This document shows, in pieces, positions 1 to 10,482 of a stretch of DNA of 59,115 bases (the first letter of the stretch is position 1; each line of letters begins with the position of its first letter). This stretch comes from Bacilli bacterium (GTDB taxonomy: Bacteria; Bacillota_I; Bacilli_A; RF39; UBA660). The stretch spans positions 1 to 59,115 of the forward strand of contig JAFRZY010000014.1 in assembly GCA_017442305.1 (NCBI GenBank). The letters are read 5' to 3'. Below the pieces are notes generated by a model. The model did no database searches, was not told where the DNA came from, and was given only the letters and a program-made list of their open reading frames with translations. Made by a program: the position numbers and the translations under genes.

Positions 1-107
1 AAATGATTCCACAAATCTATTTAGATGATATAGCATTTGAAATTAACTTTATGCCTAAGAAAATATTTGACTATAAATCAACATTTGAGATAGAATTAAA
101 TTATTAA
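1..107 (+). CDS. 3' end of an unidentified CDS that enters from upstream of the window (partial)
   Basis: The frame is open from the window edge (codons phased from base 3) to TAA at 105-107, and a hairpin terminator follows. No recognisable motif. Confidence 0.3.
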   Translation, partial: MIPQIYLDDIAFEINFMPKKIFDYKSTFEIELNY

Positions 108-133
108 AAGTGGTGCGGTTGAAATTACAATAT

Positions 134-168
134 AAAAAAAAATCTACTTAATTTAGTAGATTTTTTTC
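134..168. terminator. Bidirectional intrinsic terminator between convergent genes
   Basis: Perfect 9-bp stem AAATCTACT (140-148) / AGTAGATTT (155-163), flanked by an A-run on the left and a T-run on the right. Confidence 0.75.
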
Positions 169-642
169 TTACCATTTATCAATTTCTTTTAACTTATAAG
201 AAGCAACATCGGATGCATTTCCGTTAGAAAAGAAACAACTTGCTTCAAATTTCCAAGTTCCATTAGCTTCAAGACCACTATTATTACCCCAGCAAGTATC
301 TAATAAATTACCATCTGAATCATATGTATAAAATTCAACGCTAACATAAGAAAAATCTTTATCTTTATTATTTTTAATCGTTCCTGTTATTATATATGAA
401 TATTCGCTATCAACTTTTCCAGTATGTCCATCAAGTAGTGTTAAATCTTCAACTGTTGTAGTATTACCACTTGCTTTTGATTCATCATCACTTCCGCTGC
501 TTGCAATACTAGAAATAACTATTATACCAATAATAACTAAGATTACTATAAGAACTGTGGGTATTCCTTGTTTTTTCCTACAATTAGGACATACCTTAGC
601 TTTTGTATCAATTTCTGTTTGACAATGTTTGCATTTTTTCAT
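169..642 (-). CDS. Zinc-ribbon, single-pass membrane protein with an FxLYD-like extracytoplasmic domain
   Basis: N-terminal CxxC...CxxC (KHCQ...CPNC), one hydrophobic helix, and a C-terminal beta-rich domain with VEFYTYDSDGN. A GGAG-type RBS lies upstream. Confidence 0.6.
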   Translation of the reverse strand: MKKCKHCQTEIDTKAKVCPNCRKKQGIPTVLIVILVIIGIIVISSIASSGSDDESKASGNTTTVEDLTLLDGHTGKVDSEYSYIITGTIKNNKDKDFSYVSVEFYTYDSDGNLLDTCWGNNSGLEANGTWKFEASCFFSNGNASDVASYKLKEIDKW

Positions 643-682
643 ACTTTCACTCCTTTCATTTTTAGAATAACATAAATATAAC

Positions 683-721
683 TTGCAGTAAATAGTTCGT
701 GTGAATATTTTGCAGTAAATA
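683..721 (+). promoter_or_regulatory. Candidate operator: 12-nt direct repeat TTGCAGTAAATA x2 upstream of the XRE regulator gene
   Basis: Identical 12-mers at 683-694 and 710-721 in the divergent intergenic region. Confidence 0.35.
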
Positions 722-753
722 ATATCATACTATTATAAATAGAGGTAGTATTT

Positions 754-1035
754 ATGATGTTGAAGTTTGAAAATTTAAAAGATTTACTTATTTATAATAT
801 TAAGTATTATAGATATGTTAATAATTATTCTCAAGAAAGGTTAGCAGAATTAAGTAAATTAAGTCCAAGATATATAACTGATGTTGAAAGAGGCTTGCAT
901 TGTCCAACAATTCCAAAAATTGAAAGTATTGCTAAATCTCTAAATATTGAACCATATATGTTATTTATTAATGTTGATAGAGAACTTGATATAGTTAATA
1001 AAATGAAACAAACTAGACAATATAATCAAAAATAA
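754..1035 (+). CDS. XRE-family helix-turn-helix transcriptional regulator
   Basis: HTH_3-like segment YSQERLAELSKLSPRYITDVERG. Small size. Confidence 0.7.
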   Translation: MMLKFENLKDLLIYNIKYYRYVNNYSQERLAELSKLSPRYITDVERGLHCPTIPKIESIAKSLNIEPYMLFINVDRELDIVNKMKQTRQYNQK

Positions 1036-1101
1036 AGGCATAATAAAAATAATGATATTATGCTTTTTTTGTGTTATAATACCCGCAGGAAGTGAGCAGG
1101 T

Positions 1102-2454
1102 ATGGAAGATACAATATGCGCAATATCAACATCTTTGGGTGTTGGAGCAATATCTATTATCCGTGTAAGTGGACAAGAAGCTTTAGATATTGTTAACAAG
1201 ATATTTAAAGGAAAAGATTTAACTAAAGTTAAAAGTCATACAATCAATTATGGCTATATATATGATGGAGAAAAAAATATTGATGAAGTATTAGTATCTG
1301 TTATGTTAGCGCCTAAAACTTACACTAAAGAAGATGTAGTTGAAATAAATTGTCATGGTGGTATATCAACAACTAACAAAGTTTTAGAATTATTACTTGA
1401 AAATGGTGCAAGACTTGCTGAACCAGGAGAATTTACCAAAAGAGCTTTTTTAAATGGACGAATAGATTTAACTCAGGCTGAATCAGTAGATGCTTTATTA
1501 AAATCCAAATCAGACAGTGCCCGTGAAGTAGCACTAAACGGCGTAAGTGGATCCTTAGGTAAAAAAATAAAAAATCTACGTTCAATTTTAGTAGAATTAC
1601 TTGCTAATATTGAAGTGAATATTGATTTTCCGGAATATGAAGATGCTTTAGAAATTACTCATAGTAACTTAAAGCCCAGATTAACTGAGGTTTTAGAAAC
1701 ATTAAAAGATTTATTAGCAACAGCGCGTAATGGTAAAATAATTAGTGAAGGTTTAAATGTTGCTATAGTAGGGCGCCCTAATGTAGGTAAAAGTAGTATT
1801 CTAAATAGTTTACTAGAAGAAGAAAAAGCAATAGTAACTGATATTGCAGGGACTACAAGAGATATTATTGAAGGATCTGCTACTTTAAACGGTATTTTAA
1901 TTAATTTTATTGATACAGCAGGAATTCGCGAAACCGAAGATGTAGTAGAAAAAATTGGAGTAGATAAAAGTATTGCTGCAATTGATAGTGCAGATTTAGT
2001 AATTTTAGTATTAAATAATAACGAAGAGTTAACAGATGAAGATAAAGAATTATTAGAAAAAATAAAAAAATATGAAAATATTATTTTTATAAATAAAACG
2101 GATCTTGAAAGAAAATTACTATTTAATAAAGATGATTTTACTATAGTTGATGGTAATACTAAAGAAATTAGTGGTTTAGATAATTTAAAAAAAGAAATAA
2201 TTAATAAATTTAATTTAGAAAAAATTGAAACAAAGGATATGACTTATTTATCTAATGTAAGACAAATTGATTTAACAAAAAAAGCTTTAAAAGCAGTAGA
2301 ACATGCTTTAGCAAATCTGGATGAATTAATTCCGGTAGATATGTTAGCAATTGATATAAAACAAGCTTGGGATCTATTAGGAGAAATTATTGGAGAAAAT
2401 TATCAAGATGCATTATTAGATGAATTATTTACTAACTTTTGTTTAGGAAAGTAG
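1102..2454 (+). CDS. mnmE: tRNA modification GTPase MnmE
   Basis: N-terminal TICAISTSLGVGAISIIRVSG, G-domain GRPNVGKSS / DTAGIR / NKTD, and C-terminal CLGK. Confidence 0.95.
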   Translation: MEDTICAISTSLGVGAISIIRVSGQEALDIVNKIFKGKDLTKVKSHTINYGYIYDGEKNIDEVLVSVMLAPKTYTKEDVVEINCHGGISTTNKVLELLLENGARLAEPGEFTKRAFLNGRIDLTQAESVDALLKSKSDSAREVALNGVSGSLGKKIKNLRSILVELLANIEVNIDFPEYEDALEITHSNLKPRLTEVLETLKDLLATARNGKIISEGLNVAIVGRPNVGKSSILNSLLEEEKAIVTDIAGTTRDIIEGSATLNGILINFIDTAGIRETEDVVEKIGVDKSIAAIDSADLVILVLNNNEELTDEDKELLEKIKKYENIIFINKTDLERKLLFNKDDFTIVDGNTKEISGLDNLKKEIINKFNLEKIETKDMTYLSNVRQIDLTKKALKAVEHALANLDELIPVDMLAIDIKQAWDLLGEIIGENYQDALLDELFTNFCLGK

Positions 2455-2461
2455 GTGAGTT

Positions 2462-4327
2462 ATGAAATACGATGTAATAGTAGTTGGAGGCGGACATGCA
2501 GGTTGCGAGGCAGCTCACATTAGTGCTTTTATGGGCAAAAAAACAGCTTTAGTAACTGCAAATATCCAAAATATAGCTGATATGCCTTGTAATCCATCTA
2601 TAGGAGGAACTGCTAAAGGTATTATTGTTCGTGAAATAGATGCATTAGGAGGCCTAATGGGGCGTGTTGCAGATCGTTCGCATTTTCAAATAAAAATGTT
2701 AAACAATGCAAAGGGTCCAGCAGTAAGATCTCTTAGGGCACAAGCTGATAAAATAACTTATCCAAAAGAAATGTTAAAAGAATTAGAAAAAACTAAAAAT
2801 TTAACTTTAGTAGAATCTATGACTGAAGGAATAATTGTTGATAACAATAAAATTATGGGAATAACTTTAGAAAACGGAGATAAGTTATTTTGTGATGCTT
2901 TAATCTTAACAACAGGAACATACCTTAAAGGGAATATCTTAATCGGAGCAAAAAATACTCCAGGAGGACCTCATGGTGAAAAACGCTCAAATCATCTAAG
3001 TGATTCTCTAAAAGCTGCTGGATTTACAATTCAAAGGTTAAAAACAGGAACTCCTCCTAGAATTAAAGCGTCTTCTATTGATTTTTCTAAAATGAAAGAA
3101 GAACTTGGTGATAAAGAATTATATACTTTCAGTGTTGACGGAATAGCTCAATATAAGGTAGATGACCAACAAAAATGTTATCTTCTATATACAAACGCAG
3201 AAACTCATAAGATTATAAATGAAAACTTAGATAAATCTAGTATGTATGGTGGATATGTTACAGGAATTGGTCCGAGATATTGTCCATCAATAGAGGATAA
3301 AATAGTAAGATTTAGTGACAAAGAAAGACATCAATTGTTTTTAGAACCAGAAAGTCTTTATTATGATGAATGGTATCTTCAAGGTTTTTCAACAAGCATG
3401 CCCGAAGATGTGCAAGAACGCATGGTTCATAGTTTAAGTGGATTGGAAAATGCAGTTATAACAAAATGGGCTTATGCAATTGAATATGATGCAATCGATC
3501 CTTTACAATTAAAACCTTCGCTAGAAACAAAAGTGGTAGAAAATTTATTCACTGCTGGTCAAATAAACGGTACAAGTGGTTATGAAGAAGCAGCTGCTCA
3601 AGGGCTTATAGCGGGTATTAATGCAGTAAATAAACTAAATAAAAAAGAACCTATTATACTAAAAAGAGATGAAGCTTATACTGGAGTTTTAATTGATGAC
3701 TTAGTAACTAAAGGTACGGGAGAACCATATCGTATGTTAACTTCACGGGCAGAATTTCGTCTTATATTAAGGCATGATAATGCCGATTTACGTTTACGAG
3801 AAATAGCTTTTAAAAATGGTTCGGTAACAAAACAACAATATGATAAACTTATTGAAAAAAAGAATCAAATAATTGAATTAAAAGAATTACTTGCAGAAAA
3901 CAAATTGAAAATAACTAAAGAGGTTAAAGAAATTTTTGAATCAGCTAAAAAGGAAGTTCCTAAAACTACGATTAGTTATTTAAATTTACTAAAAAGACCA
4001 GAAATTAATTTAAACTTTATAAAACAATTTCTTGAACTAAATTATGATATAGATATTTTAGAACAAGTTGAAATTGAGGTTAAATATGAAGGTTATATAA
4101 AGAAAGCCTATAAAGAAGCTGAAAAAACAAGAAAATTAGAAGAAAAAATAATACCTAATGATATTGATTATAGTAAAGTAAATAATTTAGCTAGTGAAGC
4201 TAGACAAAAATTAGAAAAAATACGTCCAATCTCTATTGGGCAAGCTGCAAGAATAAGTGGGGTAAATCCCGTCGATATTTCTATTCTTGCAGTATATTTA
4301 AAAAAGGAATACGGTAAAAATGAATAA
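2462..4327 (+). CDS. mnmG: tRNA uridine 5-carboxymethylaminomethyl modification enzyme MnmG (GidA)
   Basis: FAD-binding start YDVIVVGGGHAGCEAA, length 621 aa, and the conserved mnmE-mnmG-rsmG order. Confidence 0.95.
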   Translation: MKYDVIVVGGGHAGCEAAHISAFMGKKTALVTANIQNIADMPCNPSIGGTAKGIIVREIDALGGLMGRVADRSHFQIKMLNNAKGPAVRSLRAQADKITYPKEMLKELEKTKNLTLVESMTEGIIVDNNKIMGITLENGDKLFCDALILTTGTYLKGNILIGAKNTPGGPHGEKRSNHLSDSLKAAGFTIQRLKTGTPPRIKASSIDFSKMKEELGDKELYTFSVDGIAQYKVDDQQKCYLLYTNAETHKIINENLDKSSMYGGYVTGIGPRYCPSIEDKIVRFSDKERHQLFLEPESLYYDEWYLQGFSTSMPEDVQERMVHSLSGLENAVITKWAYAIEYDAIDPLQLKPSLETKVVENLFTAGQINGTSGYEEAAAQGLIAGINAVNKLNKKEPIILKRDEAYTGVLIDDLVTKGTGEPYRMLTSRAEFRLILRHDNADLRLREIAFKNGSVTKQQYDKLIEKKNQIIELKELLAENKLKITKEVKEIFESAKKEVPKTTISYLNLLKRPEINLNFIKQFLELNYDIDILEQVEIEVKYEGYIKKAYKEAEKTRKLEEKIIPNDIDYSKVNNLASEARQKLEKIRPISIGQAARISGVNPVDISILAVYLKKEYGKNE

Positions 4328-5024
4328 AGAAGAATTTATTTTAGAAACTAAAAAATTAGGTATCGAATTAAATGGAGAACAAATATCTTTGTTTGAAAAA
4401 TATTGTGAAGAATTACTTTTGTATAACGAACATACCAATTTGACTGCTATTAGAAATGTAGAAGACGTATATTTAAAACATTTTTATGATTCAATAACAA
4501 TAGTAAAAAATATTAATTTAACCAAAGAAAGTGTAATAGATGTTGGTACTGGTCCAGGATTTCCAGGGGTTGTATTAAAAATTATATTTCCAGAAATTAA
4601 TTTAACTTTACTTGATTCTAATAATAAGAAAACGAAGTTCTTAAAATATATTTGTGATAAATTAGGATTTTATGATGTAAAAATAGTTAATGAACGAATA
4701 GAAGATTATGTAAAAAATAATCGTTATAAATTTGATATCGCAACAGCAAGAGCTGTATCACATCTACGTATTATTAGCGAATTATGTCTTCCTTTATTAA
4801 AAGATTCAGGATTATTTGTGGCTCTAAAAGGAGAAGCTACAAAAGAAATAGAAGAGAGCAAGGACACATTAAAAGTATTAAATTCTGAAATTGTAAAAAA
4901 TACCAAGTTTTTATTACCTAAAGAAAACAGTAATAGGACAATATTATCTATTAAAAGAAATAGCGATATTCCAGATGTTTATCCTAGAAGTTATGACAAA
5001 ATACTAAAAAAGCCATTGAAATAA
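4320..5024 (+). CDS. rsmG: 16S rRNA (guanine527-N7)-methyltransferase RsmG
   Basis: SAM motif DVGTGPGFPG. Position directly after mnmG, overlapping its stop. Confidence 0.9.
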   Translation: MNKEEFILETKKLGIELNGEQISLFEKYCEELLLYNEHTNLTAIRNVEDVYLKHFYDSITIVKNINLTKESVIDVGTGPGFPGVVLKIIFPEINLTLLDSNNKKTKFLKYICDKLGFYDVKIVNERIEDYVKNNRYKFDIATARAVSHLRIISELCLPLLKDSGLFVALKGEATKEIEESKDTLKVLNSEIVKNTKFLLPKENSNRTILSIKRNSDIPDVYPRSYDKILKKPLK

Positions 5025-5074
5025 ACTTTTAAATAGAGTAAAATAGTGATAAGAATAGAAAGAGGGCTGATAGG

Positions 5075-6298
5075 ATGAATTTGGATTCTGAAATTTTACA
5101 AGTACCTATTGAGGACATCATTCCAAATCGTTTTCAACCAAGAATAAGTTTTGATGATAAAGCCCTACAAGAGCTATCAAATTCTATTAAACAACACGGA
5201 ATAATACAGCCTTTAGTACTTAGAAAATTGGGAGATAAATATGAAATAATTGCTGGTGAAAGAAGATATAAAGCTGCTACAATGGCAGGTTTAACTAAAG
5301 TACCGGCAGTTATAGCTGATATTGACGATAATACTAGTGCTGAAGTAGCATTAGTTGAAAATGTTCAAAGAAAAAATTTGACTTCAATCGAAGAAGCTAA
5401 ATCATATAAAAATATTTTAGATAAAGGGTACATGACTCAAGAAGGGTTAGCCAAAAAAATGGGCTTATCTCAATCAGCCATTGCTAATAAATTAAGATTA
5501 TTGAATTTAGCAGAAGAAGTTCAAGATGCCTTGTTAAACGAAAAAATTTCTGAAAGACATGCAAGAGCATTGCTTGTTGTTGATTCACAAGAAGAACAAA
5601 AAAAATGGTTAAAAAGAATATTAGATGAACGTTTAACTGTAAGACAATTAGATATGGAAATAAAAAAAGAAATGTCTTCTTCTGTAACTCCAGAAGCTCC
5701 TCTAATTAATATAGAACCAAATATTGAAGAAATAAAGGCTAATGCCATAGATATTACTAATGAACCTAAAGAAAATTATGAAATATTAGATAATATTAAA
5801 GAAGTAGAAAAATCTATGCCTAATAAGTTCTTTAATTTTCTTGAAGATGAGCCTGTAGTTATGGGATTAGAAGAATCATCTAATAATTCTGAAGTAGCAA
5901 TTGATCCTTTGGCTGGAGAACCAATAGTGGAAGATACGAATACTGACATTATAGATACAGCACCAGTAATTGATTTAGAACTACCAGCACAACCTATAAT
6001 TGAAGAGGAAATAGAAAATTTAGATGATGATTTTGAAATTTTAAAACCATCTATTGAAGTAGATGCTATCCCAGTTATGAATGATGAAGAATTTATAGAT
6101 CCAATGTCATTGGTTGATACATTAGATCCGGCATATGAAGAAACATTAAAAGAAGCCGCTGGTTTAGATTTAAAAACAGCAATAAATTCTGTTAGGGATT
6201 GTATTACTGAATTAAATTCTAAAGGGTTTGTAGTAGATATTGAAGAGCTAGATTTAGAAAACAATTATCAAATAAATATTAAAATTAATAAAGAGTAA
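5075..6298 (+). CDS. ParB/Spo0J/Noc-family DNA-binding protein with a long acidic C-terminal extension
   Basis: ParB N-terminal box IIAGERRYKAA and HTH LSQSAIANKLRLL. The C-terminal ~200 aa are E/D-rich. No parA is adjacent. Confidence 0.8.
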   Translation: MNLDSEILQVPIEDIIPNRFQPRISFDDKALQELSNSIKQHGIIQPLVLRKLGDKYEIIAGERRYKAATMAGLTKVPAVIADIDDNTSAEVALVENVQRKNLTSIEEAKSYKNILDKGYMTQEGLAKKMGLSQSAIANKLRLLNLAEEVQDALLNEKISERHARALLVVDSQEEQKKWLKRILDERLTVRQLDMEIKKEMSSSVTPEAPLINIEPNIEEIKANAIDITNEPKENYEILDNIKEVEKSMPNKFFNFLEDEPVVMGLEESSNNSEVAIDPLAGEPIVEDTNTDIIDTAPVIDLELPAQPIIEEEIENLDDDFEILKPSIEVDAIPVMNDEEFIDPMSLVDTLDPAYEETLKEAAGLDLKTAINSVRDCITELNSKGFVVDIEELDLENNYQINIKINKE

Positions 6299-6309
6299 TC
6301 AAATTTAGA

Positions 6310-8253
6310 TTACTCTTTTTCTTCTTCTTTAAAAACATAATTTTCGCTACCTTTAACATAATAAAATATTGTTGCTCTTTTTGCATCATTAGTAGGTTTT
6401 CCAGAAATTGCATCTAATGCCACTCCGACTACATTTTGCGGTGTATCATACCATCTAATCTCTTTATCCTTAAGAATGGTCTCAACAGTATCTGCCCAAA
6501 TATTTTTAGTAATAGTACTTTTACTAGAACTTACCTCTTGATTATCATCATGTCCGGCCCATACAAGCATCAATATATCTGGATTATACCCGACAGTCCA
6601 AAAATCTGTAGTAGTTGTTCCGGTTTTTATTGCATATTTTCTACTTAACTTTGCTGCAATTGACATTGCAGTAGGCTTTGTATAATCAGTATAAACAGGG
6701 TTTGTAGTACTTGTTAACATTTCATTTAATATATAAGTATAATTAGGATTTAATACCAAATTATTTTGATTTTTAACTTCATATAATATATTTCCTTCTA
6801 AGTCTTCTATCCTTTTTATAAAGTGCACTTCTTTTTTATAGCCACCGCTTGCCAGAGTTGTGTACCCTCTAGCAAAATCTAGCAATGTTAATTCGCTTGT
6901 TCCTAAAGCTAGAGAAGGAACTGCTAAAAGTTCGCCAGTAATACCCATTCTGTTTGATGCTTCTACTAAAACTTCTGGTCCTAAAAACAAATTTGTTTTT
7001 ACCGCAAATACATTATCAGACATTGCAATAGCAGAAGTCATAGTAATATTTTTATTAGCGTATCTATCAGCAAAATTAGAAGGAGTGTAGTTCTTTCCGT
7101 TACTTAAAGAAAATGTAGTAGCTTCACTAGTAAATGTAGAAGATGAAACCATATTGTTTTCAAGAGCAGCGTAATAAAGGAATGGTTTCATAGTTGATCC
7201 AACCTGCCTTTTTGCTTGAATAGCTCTATTATACTGGCTTTTGGAATAATCTTTTCCACCAGTTAATGCTAAGACTCCACCGCTATTTGGATCAATTACT
7301 ATACTGGAAACTTGCATAGAATCGTTTTCTATATATTTTTTTACAGAATCCTCTAATGCAGATTGTGCTTCTAAATCTAAATTAGTATATATTTTTAATC
7401 CGCCAGACTCGATTAAAGAACCGGGAATTTCAACTAAGTTTTCTAGTTCAGCTAAAACAGCATCTTGATAATACATTAATGTTTGTAAATTACTTTCTTT
7501 AGATTTACCATAAATTGAGATTGGATTTAAAAATAAATTATTAAAAGTATCATTATTTATATAACTGTTATTAACCATTGATTTTGCAACAATTTTGGCT
7601 CTTTCAATACATGCATCATAATTAGATACCGGGTTATATTTATTAGGGCTTTTTGGTATACCAGCTAACATAATCGCTTCTTCTAAAGTTAATTCTGATG
7701 GTTTTTTATTAAAATAATATTGACTAGCATTAGCTATTCCATAGTTTCCCTGTCCATAATTTATTGTATTTAAATATCCTTCCAATATATCCTCTTTATC
7801 GTAATGTACCTCAAGTTCTAAGGTTAGAAAAGCTTCTTCAATTTTTCTATCCCATGTTTTAGCAAAGTCTAAATACATATTTTTTATATATTGTTGAGAA
7901 ATGGTAGAAGCGCCTTGAACAATAGATTTGTTTTTAATGTTAGTAATCATGGCTTGAGCAATTCTTAAGTAATCAAAGCCTTGATGTTTATAGAAGTTTT
8001 TATCCTCAACACTAATAACAGCATTTACTAAGTTTGGGCTAATATCTTCAAAATCAACCCATTCGCTATTGCCAGAGCCTTGGTAAACTAACATATCATT
8101 ATTATCATAAAGAAAAAATCTATTAGCAGTTTTTAATTCTAGTTTTGGGCTAAAAAAAGCATAAGTATACAAACCAATAATACATACAACAAATGCTATA
8201 AATAAAAAAGTTCCTAATTTAATAAAAGTTCTCAAAAATTTCACAATAAACAC
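6310..8253 (-). CDS. Class A penicillin-binding protein (glycosyltransferase plus transpeptidase)
   Basis: GT51 motif EDKNFYKHQGFD, transpeptidase motifs STMKP, SDN and KTGTT, and an N-terminal membrane anchor. Confidence 0.9.
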   Translation of the reverse strand: MFIVKFLRTFIKLGTFLFIAFVVCIIGLYTYAFFSPKLELKTANRFFLYDNNDMLVYQGSGNSEWVDFEDISPNLVNAVISVEDKNFYKHQGFDYLRIAQAMITNIKNKSIVQGASTISQQYIKNMYLDFAKTWDRKIEEAFLTLELEVHYDKEDILEGYLNTINYGQGNYGIANASQYYFNKKPSELTLEEAIMLAGIPKSPNKYNPVSNYDACIERAKIVAKSMVNNSYINNDTFNNLFLNPISIYGKSKESNLQTLMYYQDAVLAELENLVEIPGSLIESGGLKIYTNLDLEAQSALEDSVKKYIENDSMQVSSIVIDPNSGGVLALTGGKDYSKSQYNRAIQAKRQVGSTMKPFLYYAALENNMVSSSTFTSEATTFSLSNGKNYTPSNFADRYANKNITMTSAIAMSDNVFAVKTNLFLGPEVLVEASNRMGITGELLAVPSLALGTSELTLLDFARGYTTLASGGYKKEVHFIKRIEDLEGNILYEVKNQNNLVLNPNYTYILNEMLTSTTNPVYTDYTKPTAMSIAAKLSRKYAIKTGTTTTDFWTVGYNPDILMLVWAGHDDNQEVSSSKSTITKNIWADTVETILKDKEIRWYDTPQNVVGVALDAISGKPTNDAKRATIFYYVKGSENYVFKEEEKE

Positions 8254-8343
8254 CCAATATTATTATGAATCAAAAAAAATAATTTATAAGTGCAAATACT
8301 TAATACGTGTGCTATAATGTTTAACAAAAAGAGGTGAGGGTCT

Positions 8344-8688
8344 TTGGCTATTTATAATAAGGTGAATATTAAAATAGGCAATGAATTATATGGAAGCTAT
8401 GATGTTCATTATTTAAAAGATCATCTTTTAGAGTATAATGATGATTCTTGTAATACAAAAATTGAAATTAAAGAAGATGAAATAAAGCTTATACGTGAAA
8501 ACGAAGAATTTTTGCTTATTATGAATAATACTAAAGAAGAAGCTGTTTATAAATTAAAAGAATTAAATTATGAGTTAGAAATTAAAATTAATTACTTTGA
8601 CAAAATAATAGAAGATAATAATTTGATAATTTCTTATCAATTGGAAACTACTGATCAACCTATAACATTAATTTTGGAAGGAGAATAA
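8344..8688 (+). CDS. DUF1934-family small beta-barrel protein (YwiB-like)
   Basis: A ~114-aa protein directly upstream of and coupled to argS, as in Bacilli. TTG start after GAGGTGAGGG. Confidence 0.55.
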   Translation: MAIYNKVNIKIGNELYGSYDVHYLKDHLLEYNDDSCNTKIEIKEDEIKLIRENEEFLLIMNNTKEEAVYKLKELNYELEIKINYFDKIIEDNNLIISYQLETTDQPITLILEGE

Positions 8689-8690
8689 AA

Positions 8691-10355
8691 ATGAGTGTAA
8701 AAGAAAAAATATTAAAAGATTTAAATATCGAAGAAATATTGCCATCAGATTTATCTACTGTGCCTGAAGAATTAGAAGGAGATTATGCCATTCCTTGTTT
8801 CAAGTTAGCAAAAAAACTTCAAAAATCTCCGGCGATTATTGCAACAGATCTTTGTAGAGAAAAGAAGTGTGTTGGAATTGTTGAAAAAATGATAGCAGTA
8901 GGTCCTTATATAAATATAGTTTTAAATAAAGCGGAATTAGCTAAGTTTGTTTCTCAAAATATAGATAATAACAGTAAATATGGTACAAATAATGACGGAG
9001 AAAATAAGACTATTTGTATAGATTATTCGAGTGTAACATTATCCAAACATTTTCATATAGGTCATTTATGCACAACTGTTATTGGAGAATGTTTAGCTAG
9101 ACTTTATGAAAATTCAGGATATAAGGTTATTAGAATTAATTACTTAGGTGACATTGGGACACCTTTTGGAAAAATTATTGCCATGTATAAATTAAAAGGC
9201 AATAAAGAAGATATTTTAAAATATGGTGTAGATGAAATTCAAAGATTATACGCAATGTTTGCCAAAGAAGAAGAAACAAATCCAGATTTAATAGAAGAAG
9301 CTAGAGCTTGGAGTTTAAAAATAGAAAAAGGGGATAGCGAAGCAACTGAGTTATGTGATTGGTTTAAAACAATAGCGTTAAATGAAGCAAAGCGTATATA
9401 TAATCTATTGGATATCAATTTTGATGATTGGCGCGGGGAGTTATATTACTCAGAAAAAACCGATGAAACAATTAAATTATTAGAAGAGAAGGGGCTAGTA
9501 GTAGTAAGTGAAGGCGCAAAATGTATAGATCTTAACCCTTATAATATGGGGATGTGTCTAATTGAACGTAGTGACGGTGGTTCTTTATATACAACTCGTG
9601 ATTTAGCAGCCGCAATTGATAGATTTAATTGTTATAAATTTGATAAAAGTCTTTATGTTACTGGAATAGAACAAAAACATCATTTTGAAGCATTTTTTAA
9701 AGTATTAGATGTTGCAGGATTTAATTGGGCTAAGAATTTAGTACATATTGGATATGGAAGATTATCAACTGAATTTGGTAAAATTTCTGGACGTGAAGGA
9801 AATACTCCTATTATGAAAGATATTTTTGATGCTAGTATAGCTAAGTCAAGACAAGCACTAGCTGGTAAAAATTTGTCAGATAGTTTAGCTACTGACATAG
9901 GTGTAAGTGCAGTTGCTTTTAGTGTTTTAAAAACAGAAAGAATAAAGGATGCTATATTTTCGTTAGAACAAGCTATCAGTTTTGATGGTAATTCAAGTGT
10001 TTATATTCAATATAGTTATGTACGTTTAAAATCAATTTTAAACAAGGCTAATAATTATGATTTAAGTATATATGATGCATCTTTATTACAAGAGAAGGAA
10101 GAAACTGACTTATTATTATATTTAGATATTCTACCGGAAGTGTTAAAAGAAGCATTAAATGCTCATGAAACATTCTATGTTACAAGATATGCTCTTGAAT
10201 TAGCTTCTTTAGTTAATAAATTCTATAATAATTTAAGGGTAGTTACTGATAACGAAGAGCTTACTAAAGCCAGACTTGCCCTATGTAAGATATCAGCAGA
10301 GGTTTTAAGTAGAGTAATGTATATTACTGGAGTAAAAGTAATTGAAAAAATGTAA
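8691..10355 (+). CDS. argS: Arginine--tRNA ligase
   Basis: Class I HIGH motif (FHIGHL), 554 aa, and a C-terminal anticodon-binding region ending in M. Confidence 0.92.
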   Translation: MSVKEKILKDLNIEEILPSDLSTVPEELEGDYAIPCFKLAKKLQKSPAIIATDLCREKKCVGIVEKMIAVGPYINIVLNKAELAKFVSQNIDNNSKYGTNNDGENKTICIDYSSVTLSKHFHIGHLCTTVIGECLARLYENSGYKVIRINYLGDIGTPFGKIIAMYKLKGNKEDILKYGVDEIQRLYAMFAKEEETNPDLIEEARAWSLKIEKGDSEATELCDWFKTIALNEAKRIYNLLDINFDDWRGELYYSEKTDETIKLLEEKGLVVVSEGAKCIDLNPYNMGMCLIERSDGGSLYTTRDLAAAIDRFNCYKFDKSLYVTGIEQKHHFEAFFKVLDVAGFNWAKNLVHIGYGRLSTEFGKISGREGNTPIMKDIFDASIAKSRQALAGKNLSDSLATDIGVSAVAFSVLKTERIKDAIFSLEQAISFDGNSSVYIQYSYVRLKSILNKANNYDLSIYDASLLQEKEETDLLLYLDILPEVLKEALNAHETFYVTRYALELASLVNKFYNNLRVVTDNEELTKARLALCKISAEVLSRVMYITGVKVIEKM

Positions 10356-10482
10356 AATTTATAAAATTCATAAATAACTATTGCTTATTTTAAAAAAATA
10401 CGTATAATGTTGAATGATGCGCGAAAACATGCATACAATATCATATGAATTATGAATCAAAAAAATATCTAGGAGGAATATT

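Noticed and set aside
5776-6264. 162-aa minus-strand ORF inside the parB-family gene.
   Set aside because: It is a Ser/Ile-rich low-complexity antisense shadow of the acidic GAA/GAT-rich coding strand. It has no RBS and lies wholly inside a well-supported gene.
8263-10465. Identical 16-mer TTATGAATCAAAAAAA at 8263-8278 and 10450-10465.
   Set aside because: At this base composition, several 16-nt matches are expected by chance within 59 kb. The flanking sequences are unrelated.
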